A DNA stretch of 59,137 bases from a virus (taxonomy: Duplodnaviria > Caudoviricetes), in IMG/VR virus record IMGVR_UViG_3300023179_000118, positions 1-59,137 of that record. The stretch is one strand, 5' to 3'. A program made the position numbers and the translations under genes. How positions within the stretch are numbered: position 1 is the stretch's first letter; the number at the start of each line of letters is the position of its first letter. The notes beneath the pieces were generated by a model that made no database searches, was not told the origin of the DNA, and was given only the letters and a program-made list of their open reading frames with translations. Below are positions 9,105 to 16,654 of the stretch, in pieces.

Positions 9105-10106
9105 TTATGCGAATACCTGTACCGCGAAGGCAAAGGCTTGGTCGTTAGCGGTTGTTCCCGCTGCTGGAGTTGCCCAAGTTGGAACTCCACCTGATACTGT
9201 CAAAACTTGGCTTGTTGAGCCAATAGCAAGACGAGCGGGGGTGTTTGCTGACGATGCGTAAATCATATCGCCAGTTGTTGTTGTCAAAGTATTATTGATA
9301 ACACCTGAAATTGTATTTCCAGTTGCGCTAATTGTTTTATTGGTAAGTGTTTGCGTTCCACTTGTTGTTACAACATCAACGCCACCAGACTGAACTGTTC
9401 CGCTACCTTTCGCTACAAGATTCAAAGTGATGTTTGTGTCATCACCAGTAGCAGTAATTGTTGGCTTATTTCCAGTGGCAGCGTTGGTAATAGTTACCTC
9501 ATTGACCGCTGAAGCCACCGTTGCGGGGAACTTAATAAGTTCATTTCCGTTTGCGTCATCAATTTCGCCAGCAGAGGCAAATTTTGGAGCGGTAAGAGTT
9601 TTATTGGATAAAGTCTCCGCGCCCGCGAGCGACGCTAAATCCGCATCGCTTACTGCGGTATTGAATTGGGCAAGCGTTCCTGTGACGGTATTTGTGGCAA
9701 GCGAGATACTTTTATTTGTTAAAGTATCTGTTGTTGCTTTTCCAACTAAAGTATCTGTGCTAGTTGGAAGCGTAATTGTTCCAGTATTAGAAATAGTAGA
9801 AATTATTGGACTGGTTAAAGTTTTGTTTGTAAGAGTATCTGTTGTATCTCTACCAACCAAGGTAGTTGTTGCGTTAGGTAAAGTTACGGTTCTATCCGCA
9901 GTTGGGTCTCCCGCGCTTAAAGTTGTTTCAAAAGCATCAGCAGTTGTTCCTTCAAAAACTATGCTGTCATTGAAGGCAACCTGTAATCCTGCTTGTTGAC
10001 CCGTAAAAGTCGCATTGTTGATGATTGGCGCTTCGAGGGTTTTATTAGAAAGGGTGGCTGCTGCGGTTGCTGATATACCCGCTGCGCCATTGGTGGTTAT
10101 TGCCAT
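9105..10106 (-). CDS. Fibre protein with TL[TS]NK repeats
   Basis: Five xxTL[TS]NK[TS][LI] repeats; GDMIYAS...RLAIG...VLTV...PTW C-terminal module. Confidence 0.75.
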   Translation of the reverse strand: MAITTNGAAGISATAAATLSNKTLEAPIINNATFTGQQAGLQVAFNDSIVFEGTTADAFETTLSAGDPTADRTVTLPNATTTLVGRDTTDTLTNKTLTSPIISTISNTGTITLPTSTDTLVGKATTDTLTNKSISLATNTVTGTLAQFNTAVSDADLASLAGAETLSNKTLTAPKFASAGEIDDANGNELIKFPATVASAVNEVTITNAATGNKPTITATGDDTNITLNLVAKGSGTVQSGGVDVVTTSGTQTLTNKTISATGNTISGVINNTLTTTTGDMIYASSANTPARLAIGSTSQVLTVSGGVPTWATPAAGTTANDQAFAFAVQVFA

Positions 10107-10435
10107 TATGAAATCTCGCTTCCGAAGGCTTGGAATACTGCGTTGGTATCAGATGCGTATACAGAAATAATATCAGTAGCATCGAGTGTTAACCCAAGTG
10201 TGTACGCAGCAACAGAATTAGCGCCTAGTGAAGCGTCATAAACAATATAGTGTTTGTTCGCAATGGATTCACCATTAGGTCGAACTGCTACACGATAAGT
10301 GATAGCCGAGCCAGAAATGTTCGCAACGGTGAGAGTCGAGACAACTGTTTCCTTAGACGCTGGAACGGTATAAAGGGTTGTCAGGGTCGTCGCGCTAGGG
10401 TTAGACTGCCCTAGAACTTTATACGCTGTTGCCAT
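10106..10435 (-). CDS. Fibre adaptor-like virion protein
   Basis: MATAYKVLGQSNP...FGSEIS; beta-rich. Confidence 0.65.
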   Translation of the reverse strand: MATAYKVLGQSNPSATTLTTLYTVPASKETVVSTLTVANISGSAITYRVAVRPNGESIANKHYIVYDASLGANSVAAYTLGLTLDATDIISVYASDTNAVFQAFGSEIS

Positions 10436-10439
10436 GAGG

Positions 10440-11117
10440 TTATCCTCCGATGAGAAGCAATGGGTTTATTGTACCCGACGCGAAATTTTGCGCCGAGGTA
10501 GCCGAGTTTGATGCTGATGTTTCATAACCTTCGGCCTCGGTAACGAAATCTGATATGTCTGAACCCGTCAACTGATAGGTGGCAGACGCTAAAGCGGTGT
10601 AGGTAGCAAAAGCAGTATCTACTGCCGTGTAGGTAGCATATTGCGCTTTTATGTACCAATACTTGCCAGAGGCAAGAATGACATTGGATGTTTGATTGAT
10701 GCGTGTATCGAGGACATCAATATCATCCTCTAAGGCGTTCCAAGTTGTTTCATCAATCAACTGGACAAAGTTTTCATCCAGCGTAGGGGTCGGACTAATA
10801 TCGGCTAGGTCGAGTGTGCCAGCCCCGTCGTAAGGAAGGCTGATGGTGTAGGTGCGACCCCCAGGGAATGATTCTTCAACGGTGTAGGTAAAAGGATTAG
10901 GAACAATATCTGGGTCGTTGGTAGCGGGTAGGGCAACAGAAAAGGCACCTGAACTCAAAGCAACTACAACTGAGGATGGGGCAACCATCTGGTTGTCGGT
11001 TCCATTCCTGAGAACCTCATTTAAGGTAAACCGAATCTGCCCTTCAATCGGGTTTCCTTCATAATCAACATAACTACCCGTGACATTGACGGTTGTAAGA
11101 CTAGGAGCCAGGGCCAT
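10440..11117 (-). CDS. Virion structural/fibre protein, paralog of 11315..11860
   Basis: Shared G.YVD..GNP..G.I.F and YTV.E.F.GGRT motifs. Confidence 0.65.
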   Translation of the reverse strand: MALAPSLTTVNVTGSYVDYEGNPIEGQIRFTLNEVLRNGTDNQMVAPSSVVVALSSGAFSVALPATNDPDIVPNPFTYTVEESFPGGRTYTISLPYDGAGTLDLADISPTPTLDENFVQLIDETTWNALEDDIDVLDTRINQTSNVILASGKYWYIKAQYATYTAVDTAFATYTALASATYQLTGSDISDFVTEAEGYETSASNSATSAQNFASGTINPLLLIGG

Positions 11118-11314
11118 TAGCCACCTACCAAAAAGAGGATATTAAACTTTTCGTCTAGCAACTCTTCGGCTGTATTTTTTGAAGTTTGAGCATTAGTCGT
11201 CGCCGATTCTAAGTCATCTGTGTATGGCTCGGCAGCGTCAGTGGTTACTTCTAGTGCGGTCATAAGCGCTGCGTAGGTAGTGTGTTGGGCTATGGGTACA
11301 TACGGCTCTGCCAT
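11117..11314 (-). CDS. Small virion protein
   Basis: 65 aa, coupled to neighbours, C-terminal LFLVGG. Confidence 0.55.
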   Translation of the reverse strand: MAEPYVPIAQHTTYAALMTALEVTTDAAEPYTDDLESATTNAQTSKNTAEELLDEKFNILFLVGG

Positions 11315-11860
11315 TTAGACTCCCATCAACATCAACATACGAACGGTGTATTTACTTAATTCTGAAGAGGCGTTACTCGCCTGTGTTGCGTAAGTGCTGG
11401 CATCGCTGGCGTAATCCTCAGCATCTACCACAATCACTCTGATGGCCTCAGCATCGTTGTAGCGGGTCAATAGAGCCTGGTATTGGTCAGTAGTGACATA
11501 AGAGGCTGCCTCGACGGAATCGACTGCTGGAAGCAAGTCTGCGAGGTTTTGAGTGGTTCCCGCTACGGATAAAGGTAAAGCAATTTGAAAGGTGCGACCA
11601 CCCGTAAAGTTTTCAACTACTGTATAAATAAAAGGCTGTGGCGTGACATCTGTATCAGAGGTCACTGGGAGGGTAATCGTGAAAGAACCCGTCGCATCTA
11701 AGGTTTCTACAATCGTGGTCGGAATAATAACCACATTAAGGGTGGTCTCTTTGAGAATGGTCTGTGGTTCAAAAGAGATAGAACCAGAAACGGGATTCCC
11801 TACAAGGTCAACATAGGTTCCGATGACGGTACAAGTAGAAAGCGATGCGGGTAAAGCCAT
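11315..11860 (-). CDS. Virion structural/fibre protein, paralog of 10440..11117
   Basis: Clear N-terminal similarity to 10440..11117. Confidence 0.65.
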   Translation of the reverse strand: MALPASLSTCTVIGTYVDLVGNPVSGSISFEPQTILKETTLNVVIIPTTIVETLDATGSFTITLPVTSDTDVTPQPFIYTVVENFTGGRTFQIALPLSVAGTTQNLADLLPAVDSVEAASYVTTDQYQALLTRYNDAEAIRVIVVDAEDYASDASTYATQASNASSELSKYTVRMLMLMGV

Positions 11861-11863
11861 TTA

Positions 11864-12136
11864 TCAAGTTCCTTGACGAATGATATTTACTGTTTGCGTT
11901 CCCGATGCTACGACTGCGTATAACTTTTCTCCACCCTGTAATTCGACAGAGAAACTGGTGTCTGCTTTGAGAAGAAAACCATAAGAGGTTGTCGTCACAC
12001 CATCTCCGCCTAAATACACATCAACTCCGCCTGTTGGATTTTGAACATTGATGGTTTGACCATCTTTTCCATCATAATCAGAGGTAAGTTTTGTCGCGGT
12101 TGTTCCGACAGAGACCCTTTGGTGCGATACTGACAT
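11864..12136 (-). CDS. Small beta-rich virion protein
   Basis: VQN...VYLGG..VT...G motif; AGGAG RBS. Confidence 0.6.
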   Translation of the reverse strand: MSVSHQRVSVGTTATKLTSDYDGKDGQTINVQNPTGGVDVYLGGDGVTTTSYGFLLKADTSFSVELQGGEKLYAVVASGTQTVNIIRQGT

Positions 12137-12155
12137 AAAGACTCCTTTTCGAGAA

Positions 12156-12183
12156 GGGATGATTCATTTTACCGAATCATCCC
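12156..12183 (-). terminator. Stem-loop, possible terminator
   Basis: GGGATGATTC/GAATCATCCC inverted repeat downstream of 12189..12413. Confidence 0.5.
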
Positions 12184-12188
12184 AACTC

Positions 12189-12413
12189 TTATTCTTCTTC
12201 TTTAGTTTTTGTTTTTCTCACTTTTGGTTTTGTCTCTTCGGTGCTTTCTTCAATGAAATTAACCTTCACAGGCTCTACTGCTCCTTCAAGGATTTCGATA
12301 TACCGATTTCTTGCTAATGCTTTCGCGTGTTTCCACCCTTTAACATCAACAATAGTTCCTTGTTGAAGTTTGCGACCTTCAACAACCATAGTTTTGAGAA
12401 TTTTTGCTTTCAT
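12189..12413 (-). CDS. Small hypothetical head-associated protein
   Basis: Likely start MKAKIL at 12413; position after the capsid genes. Confidence 0.55.
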   Translation of the reverse strand: MKAKILKTMVVEGRKLQQGTIVDVKGWKHAKALARNRYIEILEGAVEPVKVNFIEESTEETKPKVRKTKTKEEE

Positions 12414-12414
12414 T

Positions 12415-12759
12415 TTAAGCGGTGGTATCAATCCAGCAATATGAGAAGGTTGCTTCAGCCTGATTGATTGCCCCTGCGGTTGGATTGTAAAGATAGACGG
12501 TGACTGTATTCGCTGCCGTTACCGCTGCTCCACAAAAAATCAAATCATCGTTAAGGGTTGATGGTGGATTCACGATAATAATATCGGTTGTAGCAGCACC
12601 AGTGAGTGTGAATGTTGTTCCACCACGGGTTGTTGCGTTGATTGAAGCAGGGTCGATTGCTACTGTTCCGAACTCGATACCGTAAACGGTATCGTTATTG
12701 CCAACTTGTAGAGCGCCAACCGCTACTTCACCCTTGGAAAGTCTGTTTACTAATGCCAT
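12415..12759 (-). CDS. Putative capsid decoration/fibre protein
   Basis: 114 aa beta-rich, directly after the major capsid gene; AGGAG RBS. Confidence 0.55.
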   Translation of the reverse strand: MALVNRLSKGEVAVGALQVGNNDTVYGIEFGTVAIDPASINATTRGGTTFTLTGAATTDIIIVNPPSTLNDDLIFCGAAVTAANTVTVYLYNPTAGAINQAEATFSYCWIDTTA

Positions 12760-12779
12760 TTATTTTCTCCTAAATGAAC

Positions 12780-12814
12780 GAAGGGGATAGGAATAGACGA
12801 TTCCTACCCCCTTC
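12780..12814 (-). terminator. Hairpin terminator after the major capsid gene
   Basis: GAAGGGG.TAGGAAT / ATTCCTA.CCCCTTC inverted repeat. Confidence 0.6.
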
Positions 12815-12824
12815 TAGTGATTAA

Positions 12825-13802
12825 CTAAGCGACGATGCTTGTCCAGAAGTAACCGAGGTCAGAAGCGATGACTTTGTTATCCCAAGCCATTTCTGCTTCA
12901 ACACGGTCAGACTTGATGGATTCCATACGGAACTGTGAAGTACCGATGGTTGAACCAAGTCCACCTGAAACACCTGTCCATGAGAAGGTGTAACCTGCGG
13001 ATGGGGTCAAAAGACCAGGTTGCGGAGCAACATGGGCAAGAAGCGCACCCTTACCGAAAGCGAAACCATAAGCGCCAGTAGCACCCTCATTGTTGGTTGC
13101 CTTGACAGCCTTAGCCACCATAACGCGAGGAATGTCGAACATTGCTCCAAGCATATCGGTGGTAATGGTCTGGGCAGAGGTGTATTTGATACGGTCAACA
13201 AGGTCTGGGTGATTCTTCAGAGACTTGAAAACTTCGTAACCAAGTACGAGTGTGTTTGCTTCCATTCCAGTGTTGGAAAGAATCTCAGCCTTTCCTGCCT
13301 CAATATCAGTGATTGGGTCAGAAGAGGTGTAATCGCTCCATTGCTTTGTCTCACCCGATGAAGGCGCACCAGAAACTCCAGTGACATCATCTGCCCAAAC
13401 ACCAGTGGTGAAGAAGTCAGTGACAAATTGAAGTTCTTTGCGGAGCATCATACGACGGGTAACGAACTCAGTAGCCTCACGAAGAGGATTCAATGGAGCA
13501 TCTGCGTTAGCAACAGTTTGGTCATCTACATCTTTGTGGAAAGCATAGACATCGCATGAATATGTTCCAGTGGAGATGTTGTAACCGCCACCAGCCGACT
13601 CGGTACCAGGCGCTCGGCGTTGAGCCTCATCGCGGAACCAGTCATTCTTGGTGTAAGTGAAGAACTTATCGCTCTTCTTATCGACAGGGATTACTGGGAA
13701 CACCTTGTCAGCGATAAAGTTATCTTGATTTTGAAGATACGCCACCGAGATATTGGTGAGAATCGCATCGACATGGACTGAATTGATATTTGGTTGTGGC
13801 AT
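12825..13802 (-). CDS. Major capsid protein
   Basis: 325 aa; VDAILTNISVAY...FIADKVFP.IPV N-terminus; position after the scaffold and decoration genes. Confidence 0.85.
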   Translation of the reverse strand: MPQPNINSVHVDAILTNISVAYLQNQDNFIADKVFPVIPVDKKSDKFFTYTKNDWFRDEAQRRAPGTESAGGGYNISTGTYSCDVYAFHKDVDDQTVANADAPLNPLREATEFVTRRMMLRKELQFVTDFFTTGVWADDVTGVSGAPSSGETKQWSDYTSSDPITDIEAGKAEILSNTGMEANTLVLGYEVFKSLKNHPDLVDRIKYTSAQTITTDMLGAMFDIPRVMVAKAVKATNNEGATGAYGFAFGKGALLAHVAPQPGLLTPSAGYTFSWTGVSGGLGSTIGTSQFRMESIKSDRVEAEMAWDNKVIASDLGYFWTSIVA

Positions 13803-13817
13803 TTCTAGTTATCCCCC

Positions 13818-14213
13818 TTAAGACGCTCTGCCTGGATTAGCACAGTTGATTACGGCTGTAACGATGTTTCCATCAGCAGCGGATTCAGTAAGAAGGGTTC
13901 CGACGACATACTTTGTGGTGTCAGTTCCAGCGACAAGAGCAACTGCCTTGCCAGCGGAACTTGTACCAACAAGTGCGCCTTCACCAATGGCTGCTCCCGC
14001 AACAATTTTTGTTCCGCCGACAACCAGCACTTCTGCTTCTTGTCCTGCGGTTGGAGCATTTTGTAGAACGCCGATTGGAATATCGGTGGCTGCTGCTGCT
14101 GCTGCTGCTTGACCTGATGCGTCCAACTTGACGAATGTGTATTGCTTACTGGAAAGGTCGGCTGCTGCTACGAGAGTGACCTTTACCGAGTAATTAGAGA
14201 TTTCGTATGCCAT
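13818..14213 (-). CDS. Capsid decoration/cement protein (DUF2190-like)
   Basis: AAADL...FVKL, IGVLQNAP.AG motifs; Ala/Gly-rich. Confidence 0.75.
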   Translation of the reverse strand: MAYEISNYSVKVTLVAAADLSSKQYTFVKLDASGQAAAAAAATDIPIGVLQNAPTAGQEAEVLVVGGTKIVAGAAIGEGALVGTSSAGKAVALVAGTDTTKYVVGTLLTESAADGNIVTAVINCANPGRAS

Positions 14214-14216
14214 GTT

Positions 14217-15011
14217 TTAGGCACCTTTCTTCTCGGATAGGTATTGGCTGTAAAGGTCGGGATTCTTTGTAGCGATGTCTGCGAGCGCTTGCTCAAAAGA
14301 CTTTGCCACACCCTCTTCGACTGCCGACTTAGCCAATGAGGTCATGCGCTCATAAGCATTGCCCGTTTTGAAGTCTGCGGATTTGCCTATCTCCGCAAAA
14401 ATTTGTGCTGATTCAGCCTGAGCATTTACTGAAGAAAGAATCTCTTCAACAGATTTTGCTAGGTCTGAATCGTATGAGGTCAGACGACGAAGCGCTGGCC
14501 CAACTTTTTCGGCATCGAGGTTTAGATTGCTCCAACCCTTTGCCTTTTCGACTGCCTCAGCATCGGCACGAGCATCCCGTTCTTTTTGAAGTTCGGCTTT
14601 TGCTTCATCTGCCTCTTTGCGGAGACTTTCAATCATTTTGACGACTGGCTCTGGAGCGGATTTCATGTAATCCATTGACTCATCCTCTGCCATCATTTCG
14701 CCATCTTTTTTCTTTTTCTTGTCCTCTTCGGACATTTTTTCGACGGCTGCCTCTAACTCTTCAATACGAGCCTTGGCGATGGTGAGTTGTTCTTCTACGG
14801 ATTTTTCGACCTGCTCTTCAGTAGCCTCGGTTGTTTGCTCCATAGTGGAGTCCTCCTCGGTGAGCGTTTCGTCTAAGACTCTCTGAACTTCAGATTCATC
14901 GGCTGATTTCATAACCAACCAACCTTCGTGTAAGTGTGCGGGGTGGTCGACCCCGCTTGTTTCTTCAATGGCGAGATTCACCATTTTGCGAGTACGACCT
15001 GCCAATGTCAC
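14217..15011 (-). CDS. Capsid scaffolding protein
   Basis: Acidic coiled-coil; EETSGVDHPAH N-terminus; NPDLYSQY C-terminus; many xxK-S/A sites. Confidence 0.7.
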   Translation of the reverse strand: MTLAGRTRKMVNLAIEETSGVDHPAHLHEGWLVMKSADESEVQRVLDETLTEEDSTMEQTTEATEEQVEKSVEEQLTIAKARIEELEAAVEKMSEEDKKKKKDGEMMAEDESMDYMKSAPEPVVKMIESLRKEADEAKAELQKERDARADAEAVEKAKGWSNLNLDAEKVGPALRRLTSYDSDLAKSVEEILSSVNAQAESAQIFAEIGKSADFKTGNAYERMTSLAKSAVEEGVAKSFEQALADIATKNPDLYSQYLSEKKGA

Positions 15012-15109
15012 TCCTAACGAAAGAGGTGCTAACTGAGCATAGGGCTGGAATTAGCGAATCCTCGGGTCTTGACAATGTAGAGAATACCATAAGGGCGTTT
15101 AGTGGCTTT

Positions 15110-15382
15110 TTACTGACTTAATACTTTTGTCTTAGATATGGCTTGTATCAAGTCATTACAGACCCACATTGAGAAGGGATTATCGTTTGCCCAGAATCTC
15201 GCAAGCCTAAAATAGTAATCATCATTATCAATTTTTGACCAAACAAAAAAGGCATACCCGTTATTGGGTAGATATACGGATAGCCCTGCGAATCCAGGGG
15301 GAGTATTTACCCGATTAGCGGTCAGCCCCATATTCCAGAGAACAGCCAAAACATCATCAAGGATGTTCATATCGGGTTTCAC
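15110..15382 (-). CDS. Hypothetical protein
   Basis: 90 aa, coupled to the upstream stop. Confidence 0.55.
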   Translation of the reverse strand: MKPDMNILDDVLAVLWNMGLTANRVNTPPGFAGLSVYLPNNGYAFFVWSKIDNDDYYFRLARFWANDNPFSMWVCNDLIQAISKTKVLSQ

Positions 15383-15942
15383 TAATCTCCGTATTCGCCC
15401 TCTGAATCGTCTTTTAGTGGTTTCTTCTGACGATTGTTCTTTGGTTCAATATCATTTTCACCCTCCGAGTCATCCTCATCAAAAGAATTCCAAGTTCCGT
15501 GAGCCTTTTGGTCGTGTTGATTCCCTAGATGCTTGGATACCCGCCGTAGGGTAGAAGCCTTATGCCCCACAAGTGTTTCAGTCTCTTCGCCATCTTTGAA
15601 AATTCTAATAAGAACTGCGGGGTCATCCTCGGTAGCATTTACTTTGAATGAGGATTCAGGAATTCCTAAAACACCTTCCCGCATAATGTGTTCGATGCGA
15701 CCCTGCGCTTGACCGCCTGATGAATTCCAACTGACCATATCGCCATTTTTAAGTTTGCTTGCTTTTTCCATGACAATCGCTTGCTCTCTCATTGCCTTTG
15801 TCACGATTGATTTAGCATAGCCCGTCAATCCCTTAATACCCTTTTTGGCTACCTCTTCTTTAATCATTAGGTATTCCATCTCACCTAAAGACTTCATAGA
15901 AGATTTACGAAGTTGTTCAAGAATGGCGTTATCTTTCTTCAT
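15382..15942 (-). CDS. Head-module protein with DUF2945/Tudor-like domain and one His-rich tag
   Basis: GDMVSWNSSGG.A.G.I and GHK.STL motifs; KHLGNQHDQKAHGTW near the C-terminus. Confidence 0.7.
   Translation of the reverse strand: MKKDNAILEQLRKSSMKSLGEMEYLMIKEEVAKKGIKGLTGYAKSIVTKAMREQAIVMEKASKLKNGDMVSWNSSGGQAQGRIEHIMREGVLGIPESSFKVNATEDDPAVLIRIFKDGEETETLVGHKASTLRRVSKHLGNQHDQKAHGTWNSFDEDDSEGENDIEPKNNRQKKPLKDDSEGEYGD
15490..15534 (-). repeat. His-rich coding repeat KHLGNQHDQKAHGTW
   Basis: Translated from sequence. Confidence 0.9.
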
Positions 15943-16654
15943 TTTTATCTTTCTTCTTTGAAGGTTTCATAATTGTATCGACATGGACATCTGACACACC
16001 TGGTTCGCTTTTTTCCATATCGACATAAAGGCGTTCTGCTTTACCACCAATGGAATAACCTAAGATTTTTCCATTCTTGACATCTTCCCAAGCCCAAGGC
16101 TCCCAGATAACGCCCAGAAAAACTGTGTTCGGTGGATAGGTGTGATTGATAGGTATGCCACTTGGAGTTTGGATGGGAACGGTCAACTCATAGGGAAAGG
16201 TCATTACTTCTACCCATTCGCCCGCTACAACATCTCGATTGTGCTGGAGACGAATTCGGCGGTCATTGCTGCGAACATATTCCCAAACTGCTCTTTGTAA
16301 TTCTTCCGCATCTGTCCACTCGTTATGAGCGTCTACTCTATCGGGAATATACATTGCTCCCAATGTATATCTCTTTGCGCCTTCAGATTTAGAGACTTCA
16401 TAATTTCCAACTTTTCGCGCAACCTGCTTTTCTACTTCAGCATATTGGTTTTCAAAAATCTCTATCAAATCGTCGTATTCGGTACCTACCCATTCATTTA
16501 CGGGAGACATCATCGTGCCTTCAGGTGCGGTAGCAACTTGTTCTTGGATTCTTAAAAAATGCTCCTCGTGTTCTTTTGAAAGACCAGAATCTTCAAAAGA
16601 CTTACCCATGACGACAAGCGAAAAGATTGCGTTAGCCATATCAGCAGAAAGCAT
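15929..16654 (-). CDS. XkdF-like prohead serine protease with N-terminal extension
   Basis: Y.PD..DAH.E, LQH, GE.VE and VK.G...GYSIGG motifs; TAATG overlap gives start 16654. Confidence 0.8.
   Translation of the reverse strand: MLSADMANAIFSLVVMGKSFEDSGLSKEHEEHFLRIQEQVATAPEGTMMSPVNEWVGTEYDDLIEIFENQYAEVEKQVARKVGNYEVSKSEGAKRYTLGAMYIPDRVDAHNEWTDAEELQRAVWEYVRSNDRRIRLQHNRDVVAGEWVEVMTFPYELTVPIQTPSGIPINHTYPPNTVFLGVIWEPWAWEDVKNGKILGYSIGGKAERLYVDMEKSEPGVSDVHVDTIMKPSKKKDKNEER

Noticed and set aside
9427-9999. Plus-strand 190-aa ORF
   Set aside because: Antisense to the Thr-rich fibre gene; its composition is explained by the reverse-complement codons.
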